DNA of 64,000 nt from Myxococcales bacterium (GTDB taxonomy: Bacteria; Myxococcota; Myxococcia; Myxococcales; 40CM-4-68-19). The stretch spans positions 17,923 to 81,922 of the forward strand of contig DATFTN010000197.1 in the NCBI GenBank assembly GCA_035261845.1, given 5' to 3'. How positions within the stretch are numbered: the first letter of the stretch is position 1; each line of letters starts with the position of its first letter. The notes beneath the pieces were generated by a model that ran no database searches, was not told the DNA's origin, and saw only the letters and a list, made by a program, of their open reading frames with translations. Positions 7,656-16,709 of this stretch are shown here, one piece after another. The position numbers and the translations under genes were made by a program.

Positions 7656-9680
7656 CTAACCGGTCAGCTTCTCGAATACGGTGGTGCCGTGGTGCTGGAT
7701 GGCCGGGACGATGCCGCCCTCGCCGGCCAGGGCCTGGATGATCCGCGAGGGCTCTTCGGCCTGGAACTCCCGGCCCGCGACGCGCACGCGGCCGCGGGCG
7801 AGGTCCACCTCGATCCCGGCCCCTTCTCTGGCCGCCTGGTAGAAGGCGTCGTCGTGCACGACCAGGAAGGGGAGCGCTTCGTTCACCAGGTTGCGCTTGT
7901 GGATGAAGGCGTAGCTCTCGGCCACGATGGCCTCGATGCCGGCGCCCTTGAGCGCCAGCACCGCCTGCTCCCGCGAGCTGCCCGAGCCCCATCCCTCGCC
8001 GGCGACGATCACCGTGGCGCCTTCCTTCGCGCGCTGGACGAACTCCGGCCGGACGTAGTGGAACGCCTTCGCCCCCAGGTCGGCCAGCGAAGTGAGGTGG
8101 CAGAATTCGCCGGGGATGATGGCGTCGGTATCCACGTTGTCGTCGAAGCGCTGGATGCGCGACTTCACCGTCCGGCCCGGCGCAGCCGCGCGATCCGCGG
8201 CTCGCGCCGCCTTCGCAGAACGGGCCGGCCGCGCGGCCGCTCCCGCGGGCGCAAGGTGGGGCTGCGGCTCGACCACCTGCACCTCGGGAGCGCGCCTCGG
8301 CTTCCGCTCCCCGAGGATGCGCCGGTACCGGTCCTGGTCGACGAGCGCGAGCAACGGCCGCGGATCGGTCACCTTCATCTCCGCGGCGCTCGCCGCGACC
8401 GTGGCCGCGGAGGCGAGATGGGCCAGCGAGCCCTCCCCCATCCGGTTCTCGTAGTTGCGGTTCTGCGAGCTGAGCCACCTCTCGCCCCGCCCCGCCTTCT
8501 CGGAGGCGACGCCCAGGCACATCGAGCAGCCGGGCGGCCCGACGCGGAAGCCGCTGCGCTCGTAGACCTCCCACAGCCCGGCGCGGCGCAGATCTTCCTG
8601 GATGGACAGGTCCCCGGGCACCACCAGCTGTTTCGGCTGGGGCGGCCGCCGCGACTTTCCGGAGGTCTTCTTCTCCGCCGCCTCGAGCACCAGCGCGCCC
8701 AGGACCAGCTCCTCCTCCGTCGTGGTGCAGGCGCCGATGAACAGCCCCTCGAGCGGCATGCCGGCGACTTCGCTGACGCCCACCACGTTGTCGGGCGAGA
8801 ACGGCTTCGCCACCTGCGGCTCGAGCTCGTCCAGCGCGATCGGATGGCGCGCCACGTACGGCGCCTCCGGATCGGCGCGAAACGCGCGCATCGGCTGGAG
8901 CGCGGACGGATCGTCCTGGTCGGCCCGCCCAGCGAGCCACGCCGCGGTCACCTCGTCCGCCTCGAAGATGCCGTTCAACCCGCCGAACTCCGCGGTCATG
9001 TTGGCGATGGCGAAGCGGGAGTCGGTGGAGAGCTGCCGGACGCCCTCGCCCCGGTACTCGACGGACCGCTCCATGGCGACCGTGTTGCGGCCCAGGAGCG
9101 CCAGCGTGCGCAGGATGACCTCCTTGCCGCCGAACCCGAACGGGAGCTTCCCGCTGTACTCGACGCTGATCGCCTCCGGCACCTGGATCCAGGAGGTGCC
9201 GAGCACCATCGCCACCACGATGTCCGCGCCGCCCAGGCCGATGGACACCGCCCCCAGGCCGCCGTGCGACGAGGTGTGCGAATCGGCGCCCAGCACCAGG
9301 TCGTTGGGCCGCACCAGGTCCCGGTAGAACTTGGTGTGCAGGATGGTCTGGTTCGCGTCGTAGAAGTGACGGATGCCGCTCTCGCGGGCGAAGTTGCGCG
9401 AGAGCTGGACCAGCTTCTGCGCCCGCTTGTCGTTGGCCAGGGTGACGGGATCGACGGTGTGGTCCACGGCGAGGAAGAAGCGGTCCTTGTCGTGCAGCCG
9501 AGGCCGGCCCAGGAGGCCGTAAGTCCGCTCCATGCCGTTCCAGGCCAGCTCGCTGGCGATGGTCCAGTCGACCGAGACCTGCAAGACGTCGCCCGCCTGC
9601 ACCCACGGCCGCGGCAGGTTGCGCGCGTGCGCGGCCAGGATCTTCTGGGTGAGTGTCATGGGGCGGGGGGTCTGGGCCAT
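7656..9680 (-). CDS. Aconitase-family dehydratase, single-chain fusion of LeuC-like large and LeuD-like small subunits
   Basis: Track ORF of 674 aa. N-terminus is MTLTQKILAAHA. Large-subunit motifs: GADSHT and CSMCLG. An Ala/Arg/Pro-rich linker of about 60 aa follows. The small-subunit part carries NVDTDAIIP and GWGSGSSREQA. Confidence 0.85.
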   Translation of the reverse strand: MAQTPRPMTLTQKILAAHARNLPRPWVQAGDVLQVSVDWTIASELAWNGMERTYGLLGRPRLHDKDRFFLAVDHTVDPVTLANDKRAQKLVQLSRNFARESGIRHFYDANQTILHTKFYRDLVRPNDLVLGADSHTSSHGGLGAVSIGLGGADIVVAMVLGTSWIQVPEAISVEYSGKLPFGFGGKEVILRTLALLGRNTVAMERSVEYRGEGVRQLSTDSRFAIANMTAEFGGLNGIFEADEVTAAWLAGRADQDDPSALQPMRAFRADPEAPYVARHPIALDELEPQVAKPFSPDNVVGVSEVAGMPLEGLFIGACTTTEEELVLGALVLEAAEKKTSGKSRRPPQPKQLVVPGDLSIQEDLRRAGLWEVYERSGFRVGPPGCSMCLGVASEKAGRGERWLSSQNRNYENRMGEGSLAHLASAATVAASAAEMKVTDPRPLLALVDQDRYRRILGERKPRRAPEVQVVEPQPHLAPAGAAARPARSAKAARAADRAAAPGRTVKSRIQRFDDNVDTDAIIPGEFCHLTSLADLGAKAFHYVRPEFVQRAKEGATVIVAGEGWGSGSSREQAVLALKGAGIEAIVAESYAFIHKRNLVNEALPFLVVHDDAFYQAAREGAGIEVDLARGRVRVAGREFQAEEPSRIIQALAGEGGIVPAIQHHGTTVFEKLTG

Positions 9681-9788
9681 GAGGCCGCTCTATGTGCTTT
9701 CTTTCGCCCCGGCGCGCAACCGCTTGCCGCCGGACCCCTGGCGGCGGAGCCTGTTCATCGCCCCGATCTGTGACAAACTGGGCACGCC

Positions 9789-11219
9789 ATGGGTACCTGG
9801 TTCGAGCGGCTCAGCTCGCTGGATTCCCTCTTTCTCGAGCTGGAGGACCGCACCACCCACATGCACGTCGGCGCCGCCGCCGTGTTCGAGGGCAAGGCCC
9901 CGCCCTACCGGGACTTCTTGCGGCTCATCGAAGCCCGGTTGGGCCAGGTTCCCCGCTACCGGCAGCGCGTGCAGTTCGTGCCGTTCAAGCAGGGCCGGCC
10001 GGTCTGGATCGACGAATCCCAGTTCGACGTCGAGTACCACGTGCGCCACACCGCGCTGCCGCCGCCCGGCGGCGAGGAGGAGCTGAAACGGCTTGCCGGG
10101 CGGCTCTTCTCGCAGGCGCTCGACCGCGACAAGCCGCTCTGGGAGCTCTGGCTCGTCGAGGGACTCGGTAACGACCGTTTCGCGGTCATCTCCAAGACCC
10201 ATCACTGCATGCTGGACGGCATCTCGGGCGTGGACCTCGCCACCGTGCTGATGGATACCGAGCCCGCCACCGAGGCGCCCGCCGCGCCCGCCGAATGGGA
10301 GCCCCGGCCGGCGCCGAAGGCCTCCGAGCTGCTGGCCATCTCGCTCAAGGAGCAGTTCACCAATCCGATCCAGGTGGTGCGGGAGGCGCTGCACGCCAAC
10401 AGCGACGCTCGCAAGCTGCTGCGCGAGATCGCGGGCGGTGTGAAGCCGCTCCTCGGCCTCGCAGGCATGGGCCTGGCGCCCGAGTCCGCCCTGAACCGGC
10501 CGATCGGTCCGCACCGCCGGTTCGAGATGCTGGACCTGCACCTCCCGTCGATCCGCAAGATCCGCCGGGCGCTCCAGGGCACGGTCAACGACATCATCCT
10601 GTCGGTGGTGGCCGGGGCGCTGCAGCGATGGCTGCAGGCGCGGGGCGAGTTCTCGGGGCCCGATCTGCGCGCCCTGGTCCCGGTCAGCATGCGCGGCGCG
10701 CACGACCGCAACACGTTCGGCAACCAGATCTCGGCCGTGTTCTGTCCCCTCCCCGTGGGAGAGCCGAATCCGGTGGAGCGCCTGCGCAAGGTCCGCGAGG
10801 CGATGAAGGGGATCAAGGAGGGCGGCCAGGCGGTAGGCGCGGCCGCGCTGGCGTCGCTGGGCGACTTCGCCCCGCCCACGCTGCTCGCCCAGGCGGCGCG
10901 GCTGCAGGCCGTGACCCGCTTCTTCAACCTGCTCATCACCAACGTCCCCGGGCCGCAGTTCCCCCTCTATCTCCTCGGACGGGAGATGCGCGGGTGCTAT
11001 CCGCAGGTCCCGCTTGCCGCGCAGCAGAGCGTCGGGGTGGCGCTGCTCAGCTACCACGGGAAGGTCTGCGTGGGGCTCCTCGCCGATCTGGACGTCCGCG
11101 ATCTTCCCGCGCTGGGCGAGGCGATGCGCGACGCTCTGGAGGAGCTGCTCACCTGCGCCGAGGCAGGACCTGCGCCCGCGGACAAGCCTTCGGCGGCAGC
11201 GCCGGCTCCCCATCCCTGA
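9789..11219 (+). CDS. Wax ester synthase/diacylglycerol acyltransferase (WS/DGAT)
   Basis: Track ORF of 476 aa. The catalytic HHxxxDG motif is seen as HHCMLDG, and NVPGP lies near the C-terminus. Confidence 0.85.
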   Translation: MGTWFERLSSLDSLFLELEDRTTHMHVGAAAVFEGKAPPYRDFLRLIEARLGQVPRYRQRVQFVPFKQGRPVWIDESQFDVEYHVRHTALPPPGGEEELKRLAGRLFSQALDRDKPLWELWLVEGLGNDRFAVISKTHHCMLDGISGVDLATVLMDTEPATEAPAAPAEWEPRPAPKASELLAISLKEQFTNPIQVVREALHANSDARKLLREIAGGVKPLLGLAGMGLAPESALNRPIGPHRRFEMLDLHLPSIRKIRRALQGTVNDIILSVVAGALQRWLQARGEFSGPDLRALVPVSMRGAHDRNTFGNQISAVFCPLPVGEPNPVERLRKVREAMKGIKEGGQAVGAAALASLGDFAPPTLLAQAARLQAVTRFFNLLITNVPGPQFPLYLLGREMRGCYPQVPLAAQQSVGVALLSYHGKVCVGLLADLDVRDLPALGEAMRDALEELLTCAEAGPAPADKPSAAAPAPHP

Positions 11220-11583
11220 GACGGCGCAGCGGCGGAGGGGATGAGAGACTCGGCAGTCCCGAACTGGGCCTCATCCCGGCTTGAGGGTGTTACCCATGTC
11301 TCCGGTCTGACCGAGTCTCCCGGGGCGGATCGTGGTGTCGCATCTGAACTCGTCGCGAGATGAGTGAGCAGTCCTCTCGGCGGTTCAGCCGGTTGAACTG
11401 CGGCGTGGAGAACCACGCCGACGTCGCGTTCGACTCTCACCCGAAAAGCAAAAGAGACTGACCGCCCGTCGGGGGCTGCGTCCGATGGGAGGAACGACTC
11501 GATCTCGTCCCGGTTTGTGAGATGCGTTCTAGACTACCCCCCCGGCTCGGTCTCGTGCCTATCTTCCCGGCGGAGGTCACCCC

Positions 11584-12933
11584 ATGGACGGGCGCTACGC
11601 CGATCGAGCCGAGGCCGGGCGCGTGCTCGCCGAGAAGCTCAAGCCGCTGGCGGGGAGGCAGGACCTGGTGGTGCTGGCGTTGCCGCGGGGCGGCGTGCCG
11701 GTCGCGTACGAGATCGCGCGCCGGCTCGGCGCGCCCCTGGACGTCTTCGTCGTGCGCAAGCTGGGCGTGCCCGGGCACGAAGAGCTGGCGATGGGCGCGC
11801 TCGCCTCGGGAGGGGTCCGCGTCCTGAACGAGGACCTGATCGACGAGCTGGGCATCCCCGACCACCTGATCGAGCAGGCCACCGTCCGCGAGCAGAACGA
11901 GCTGGACCGGCGCGAGCGGGCCTACCGGGGCACCCGGCCCGCGCCTGACCTGCGCGGAAAGACGGTAGTGCTGGTCGACGACGGCCTGGCCACGGGGAAC
12001 ACCATGCGCGCCGCCGTGGAAGCGGTCCGGGCGCAGAGGCCGGCCCGCGTCATCGTGGCGGTCCCCGTCGCCGCGCGGGCGAGCTGCGAGGAGCTGGCCG
12101 AAGTCGCGGACGAGGTCGTCTGCGGGCGCACGCCGGAACCGTTCCGCGCCGTGGGGCTCTGGTACGACGATTTCGAGCAGACGACCGACGAGGAAGTCGG
12201 CGCGCTCCTCTCGCAGGCGCAGGACCGCGACGACGCCGCCCAGGCCGCCGCGAACAACGAAGGGGTGCTGGTCCGCATCGACGCAGGCGGCGTCCAGCTG
12301 GAAGGGGACCTCGCGCTGCCCTCGGGCCCGCGGGGGGTCGTCGTCTTCGCTCACGGAAGCGGATCGAGCCGGTTCAGTCCCCGCAACCGCGCCGTGGCCG
12401 CGGCGTTGCGGGCGGCGGGGCTGGGGACGCTCCTGGTCGACCTGCTTACCCGGGAAGAGGAGCGGGCCGACGCCCGGACGGGAAACCTGAGATTCGACAT
12501 CCGGCTGCTCGCGGTCCGGCTGGTCGCCTGCGTGGAGTGGCTCGCCAGGGGAGCGCGCACCTCGGACCTCCGCATCGGCTGCTTCGGCGCGTCGACCGGC
12601 GCCGCCGCGGCCCTGGTCGCCGCCGCCGTCCGCCCCGGGCTGGTCGCCGCGGTCGTGTCGCGCGGAGGCCGTCCCGACCTGGCCGGCCCGGTGCTCTCGC
12701 ACGTTCGCGCGCCCACGCTGCTCATCGTGGGCAGCCGGGACGAGGAGGTGCTCGAGCTCAACCGTCAGGCGCTAGAGAAGCTCCCGGGCGAGAAGGCGCT
12801 CGTCGTGGTCCCGGGAGCCACCCACCTCTTCGAGGAACCCGGCGCCCTGGAGCAAATTGCCGAGCTGGCCCGGCGTTGGTTCTTGCGCTGGCTGGCCGCC
12901 GAGGCGCTTCCCTCAGCTGCGCCGCCGATCTAG
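11584..12933 (+). CDS. Fusion protein: predicted phosphoribosyltransferase plus dienelactone-hydrolase-like alpha/beta hydrolase
   Basis: Track ORF of 449 aa. N-terminal half has the PRPP loop VVLVDDGLATGNT. C-terminal half has VVVFAHGSGSSRFSPRN, GCFGASTGAAAAL and a final GATHLFEE. Confidence 0.8.
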   Translation: MDGRYADRAEAGRVLAEKLKPLAGRQDLVVLALPRGGVPVAYEIARRLGAPLDVFVVRKLGVPGHEELAMGALASGGVRVLNEDLIDELGIPDHLIEQATVREQNELDRRERAYRGTRPAPDLRGKTVVLVDDGLATGNTMRAAVEAVRAQRPARVIVAVPVAARASCEELAEVADEVVCGRTPEPFRAVGLWYDDFEQTTDEEVGALLSQAQDRDDAAQAAANNEGVLVRIDAGGVQLEGDLALPSGPRGVVVFAHGSGSSRFSPRNRAVAAALRAAGLGTLLVDLLTREEERADARTGNLRFDIRLLAVRLVACVEWLARGARTSDLRIGCFGASTGAAAALVAAAVRPGLVAAVVSRGGRPDLAGPVLSHVRAPTLLIVGSRDEEVLELNRQALEKLPGEKALVVVPGATHLFEEPGALEQIAELARRWFLRWLAAEALPSAAPPI

Positions 12934-12945
12934 GGTTCGCCGCCT

Positions 12946-14382
12946 ATGGCGAACCCGACTCAGCAGGACAAAGCGGCTCCGGTGGACGACGCCGCGATCC
13001 AGAAGGCGCTCGCGGAGTACGAGAAGAACCAGCGGACCTATCTGGAGGAGCTGAAGAAGCTGGTCCGGATCCCCAGCGTCTCCTTCGAAGGATTCGACAA
13101 GCAGCAAGTGCGCAGAAGCGGGGAAGCCACCTGCGATCTGCTCCGCCGGATCGGCCTGGACAACGTCCAGCTGCTCGAGATGCCGAACGCGCACCCCTAC
13201 GCCTACGGCGAGTGGCTCAAGGCGCCGGGCCGGCCCACGCTGCTCCTCTATGCGCACCACGACGTCCAGCCCGCCGGAGACGAGGAGAAGTGGGCGACCA
13301 AGCCGTTCGAGCCGGTGGAGAAGGACGGCCGTCTCTGGGGGCGTGGCGCGGCCGACGACAAGGCAGGCATCCTGGTGCACGTCGCCGCCATCCAGTCCTG
13401 GCTGAAGACGGCCGGCTCGCTCCCGGTGAACGTGAAGATCATCATCGAGGGGGAGGAGGAGGCCGGCTCAGGCTCGTTGGGCGACTTCCTCCGCAAGCAC
13501 CGCAAGATGCTCCAAGCCGACGCGATCGTGCTCACGGACACGGGGAACTTCGAGACCGGCCTGCCAAGCATCACCACCGCCCTGCGCGGGATCGTGGTGG
13601 TGAACGTGGAGGTCAAAGCGCTCAAGCAACCGGTGCACAGCGGCATGTGGGGCGGCCCGGTGCCCGACGCCGCAATGGCGCTCGCGAAGATCCTCGCGCG
13701 CCTGGTGAATGACGACGGATCGATCGCCATCCCCGGCATCTACGAGAAGGTGAAGCCGCTCAGCGACTCGGAGCGCAAGAGCATCGCCTCGCTGCCTTCC
13801 GACGAGAAGCTCTTCCGCAAGCAGGCCGGGATGCTGGACGGGGTGAAGCTCCTCGGCGGCCGCCAACCTTGGGAGATGAACTGGCGGCAGCCTTCGCTGG
13901 CGGTCAACGCGATCCAGGCGAGCTCACGCAAGGACGCGCGAAACATCATCGTCGACAGCGCCTGGGCCCGGCTCGGGATCCGCACCGTCCCCGACATGGA
14001 TCCGAAGGACGTCGAGAAGCGCCTGATCGAGTCGCTGACCAGGGATCCCCCTTGGGGCGTGAAGGTGGAAGTCCACAAGGAAGGCGCGGGGAGCTGGTGG
14101 TACACGAGCACCGACGCGCCGGCGTTCAAGGCGGCGGTCAAGGCCCTGCGCGACGGCTACGGCGCCGAGCCGGTGACGGTCGGCTGCGGTGGATCCATCC
14201 CCTTCGTCGATCCGTTCAGCAAGGAGCTGGGCGGCGCCCCGGCACTCCTGATCGGCGTCGAGGATCCGTATACCAACGCGCACTCGGAGAACGAGAGCCT
14301 CCACCTGGGCGACTTCGTGAAAGCGACCCGGAGCGCGATCCGCCTCTACGCCGAGCTGGTCCGCGTCGGCGCCTCGAAATAG
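12946..14382 (+). CDS. M20-family dipeptidase/deacylase
   Basis: Track ORF of 478 aa. Motifs seen: LLLYAHHDVQP, GRGAADDKAG, IIIEGEEEAGS, ENESLHL. Confidence 0.85.
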   Translation: MANPTQQDKAAPVDDAAIQKALAEYEKNQRTYLEELKKLVRIPSVSFEGFDKQQVRRSGEATCDLLRRIGLDNVQLLEMPNAHPYAYGEWLKAPGRPTLLLYAHHDVQPAGDEEKWATKPFEPVEKDGRLWGRGAADDKAGILVHVAAIQSWLKTAGSLPVNVKIIIEGEEEAGSGSLGDFLRKHRKMLQADAIVLTDTGNFETGLPSITTALRGIVVVNVEVKALKQPVHSGMWGGPVPDAAMALAKILARLVNDDGSIAIPGIYEKVKPLSDSERKSIASLPSDEKLFRKQAGMLDGVKLLGGRQPWEMNWRQPSLAVNAIQASSRKDARNIIVDSAWARLGIRTVPDMDPKDVEKRLIESLTRDPPWGVKVEVHKEGAGSWWYTSTDAPAFKAAVKALRDGYGAEPVTVGCGGSIPFVDPFSKELGGAPALLIGVEDPYTNAHSENESLHLGDFVKATRSAIRLYAELVRVGASK

Positions 14383-14385
14383 CGC

Positions 14386-14922
14386 TCATCGGAACACGCG
14401 CACCAACTCCCCCTTGCGGCCCGCTTCGCGCAGAGGCGTCCCCGCCTGGGCCATCCGCGCCGCGGCCGGACCGACCAGGTAGATGACCCCCTTCACCGGA
14501 GAGCTGCGGCGGAAGCGCGACTTGACGGCCTCCTGCAGCTCGCGCACCGCGCGCAAGAAGCGCGAGGGCTTCCCGCCGATGCGCGACTGATCGCCACTGG
14601 TCTCGGTCTCCGCCCAGAAATACCCCGAGCGCAGCTGGCCCTCTTCGTCCAGCTGCGATCGGGAGAAGTAGACGACGGGCGATTTCACCTCGTCGATCTT
14701 CCAGCGGCCCCGGTTCTGCCCGCGCTTCACCGGGTAGCCGATCACGTCGCCGGCGGCCAGGTAGTAGGCAGGCTCGACGAGGCTGGTGTCCTCGCCGCAC
14801 AGAGGCGGGCTCTCTTGCGGATCGGTGAGCTCCGGCCACAGCTCGAGCCGCAAGTGCGCCAGGCGGCGGAGCACGTCCTGCTCGTCCCCGGGCGCCATGA
14901 AGAACGGGATGTGGAGCGCCAT
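14386..14922 (-). CDS. Hypothetical soluble protein (178 aa), no family recognised
   Basis: Inner part of track ORF 14386..15231. ATG at 14922 gives MALHIPFFMAPGDEQDVLRRL... It lies 16 nt downstream of the TerB-like stop, and GAGG sits 14 nt upstream. The sequence downstream of this Met has a natural composition. Confidence 0.55.
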   Translation of the reverse strand: MALHIPFFMAPGDEQDVLRRLAHLRLELWPELTDPQESPPLCGEDTSLVEPAYYLAAGDVIGYPVKRGQNRGRWKIDEVKSPVVYFSRSQLDEEGQLRSGYFWAETETSGDQSRIGGKPSRFLRAVRELQEAVKSRFRRSSPVKGVIYLVGPAAARMAQAGTPLREAGRKGELVRVFR

Positions 14923-14938
14923 GAACGGCGCTTGTACC

Positions 14939-15391
14939 TCAACGCGCTTCGGTGGGAGGCAGCGGCGCGTTCTCGCCGGCCAGCTCGTACAGCCGGGCCA
15001 CGTCGGCATCGTCCAGCTCGAACGTTTTCTGCAGCGCCTTGAGCAGCTCCAGCTCGGGGGGATGGGTGCGCCGGTCCGCCCAGGCCACCGAAGCCGCCAG
15101 CCCGAACGCCAGCTCTCGCGACGGCCGGTCCGGCAGCCGCTCGGAGATCGACTGGAGGATGACCGGCAGCTCTCCCACCTGGGCGACGTGTTGCGCGGCG
15201 CGAGAGATCGCCTGGCGCAGATCGTTCGCATGGATGCCGTGGAACTCGGGCCGCTCGAAGACGCGGCGGTAGATCTCCTCCACCTCGACCTTGCTGACGT
15301 CTCCGTCCGACCCGGCGGCGAGGATCATGATCTCGAAGAGCGCCGCCTGGCGCGTCTCGTCTGCGAAGTGGACCTGGCCGTTCTTGCCCAT
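14939..15391 (-). CDS. TerB-like (tellurite-resistance TerB family) protein
   Basis: Track ORF 14939..15469 trimmed to MGKNGQVHF, with GGAGG 6 nt upstream. Two TerB-like acidic helix motifs are present: ILAAGSDGDVSKVEVEEI and ASVAWADRRTHPPELELL. Confidence 0.65.
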   Translation of the reverse strand: MGKNGQVHFADETRQAALFEIMILAAGSDGDVSKVEVEEIYRRVFERPEFHGIHANDLRQAISRAAQHVAQVGELPVILQSISERLPDRPSRELAFGLAASVAWADRRTHPPELELLKALQKTFELDDADVARLYELAGENAPLPPTEAR

Positions 15392-15497
15392 GACTGGCCT
15401 CCGCAGCCACCACTCTGCCTCGTGGGCGGCGTCGCCGTCCACGGGCGGCCAGGCGCGCTCTCCCGACATCAGCCCCAGGAGGCCGTCAGGCGCGTAC

Positions 15498-16259
15498 TCA
15501 AGCGGTATACCGGACCAGCGCCACGGTAATGTTGTCCATGCCCCCGTTCGCGTTCGCCTCGCCGATCAGCCGGTTGCACGCCGCGGTCAGATCGCTCGTA
15601 GCCGCGAGGATCTCCGCGATCCGCGCCTCGGTGACCATGCCGGTGAGCCCGTCGCAGCAGAGCAGGCAGACGTCGCCGGGCGAGAGGTCCACCTGGGTCA
15701 CGTCGATCGCGGTCAGCTCGGCCATGCCCAGCGCCCGGGTGATGACGTTCTTGTGCTGGAAGTTGTCGATCTCGTCCTGGCTGAGCCGCCCGGTCTTGAC
15801 CATCTCGTTCAGCAGGGAGTGATCGCTGGTGGTCGGGTGCAGCTCGCCCCGGCGCCAGAAGTAGCCGCGGCTGTCCCCCACCCAGCCGAAGTACGCGCGC
15901 GCGCCGCGCACCAGGAGCCCCACGAAGGTGGTCCCCAGGCCCCGGCGAGCGCCGCTGCCCGCCTCCCCCGCCTCCCGGATGCGCTGGTTGGCCCACTGCG
16001 CCGCCACGTTCAGGAGGTTGGTGGGCTCGTCCTTCAGCCGGTCGTACCCGAAGGGCCAGGTGGCCTCGGGATCCCGCGCGAGCTCGAAGAACCGGCGGAC
16101 GGTCTCCACCCCGATTCCGCTCGCCACCTCGCCTGCCTGGTGACCGCCCATCCCGTCGCAGACCACCGCCAGGTCGAATTCCGGGAGGATGAGGAGGGCG
16201 TCCTCGTTGTGGTCCCGCTTGCGCCCGACGTCGGTCGCGCCGGCGAATTCGAGCGGCAT
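15498..16259 (-). CDS. PP2C-family Ser/Thr protein phosphatase
   Basis: Track ORF 15498..16592 trimmed to MPLEFAGATDVGRKRDHNEDA. Motifs seen: VCDGMGGHQAGEVAS, GDSRGY, CCDGLTG, NGGMDNITV. Confidence 0.85.
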   Translation of the reverse strand: MPLEFAGATDVGRKRDHNEDALLILPEFDLAVVCDGMGGHQAGEVASGIGVETVRRFFELARDPEATWPFGYDRLKDEPTNLLNVAAQWANQRIREAGEAGSGARRGLGTTFVGLLVRGARAYFGWVGDSRGYFWRRGELHPTTSDHSLLNEMVKTGRLSQDEIDNFQHKNVITRALGMAELTAIDVTQVDLSPGDVCLLCCDGLTGMVTEARIAEILAATSDLTAACNRLIGEANANGGMDNITVALVRYTA

Positions 16260-16709
16260 CCCGCGAGCATAGCTGAACCTCCCGGGGGCACTGTACGGCG
16301 GCGCCCTGCCACCGGAACCCGCGTTCAGCCATCGTCGACGCAACGCGGCGCGTTGCTCTTCCCGGGGTTGATCCCCGGCCACCCTGCTCCGCATCCTGAT
16401 CGCGCGCCGGTCGACGTAGCCGCCGCGGACCCGCCAGGTGGCCCCTCTTGCGCCTCGATCGCGCGTACGTGGACGGCGCGGTGGAGGTGCTCGCCTGCGG
16501 CGTCCTGGACGAGGGTGAGGCGCGGGAGGCGAGCGATCACCTGCCTCTGTGGCTCGATCTGGTGCCCCGCCAGCCCTCGTTCGGTTCTGCACGGCAGGCG
16601 AGCGTGCCGGCGCAGTAGCGGTGGCCGGGCGCGGTGCCTAGGTTGCCCGGCAGGCGCGGGCTGGAGGTCGTTCGGCACCCCCTTGCGCGCACTTTCGGAG
16701 GGTTCCCCC

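Noticed and set aside
11220-11583. Possible TPP, ZTP or ykkC-type riboswitch in the long leader.
   Set aside because: Only superficial fragments match, such as GAUGAGA and CCCGAAC. The conserved cores (CUGAGA...CUGAUC...GCG, and others) are absent.
16448-16618. 56-codon TTG-initiated frame (LRLDRAYVDGAVEVLACGVLDEGEAREASDHLPLWLDLVPRQPSFGSARQASVPAQ) in the 450-nt divergent region between the PP2C and DUF883-like genes.
   Set aside because: It has G/C-biased third positions and a plausible composition. However, it has no RBS, a weak start codon, is short, and matches no family. It might be a gene remnant, and the evidence is too thin to call.
16674-16686. GGCAC-cccc-TTGC about 25 nt upstream of the DUF883-like gene, resembling a sigma-54 promoter.
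   Set aside because: The spacer between GGCAC and TTGC is 4 nt instead of 5, so the GG-to-GC distance is one base short. Sigma-54 promoters tolerate spacing changes poorly, and it would leave almost no 5' UTR.
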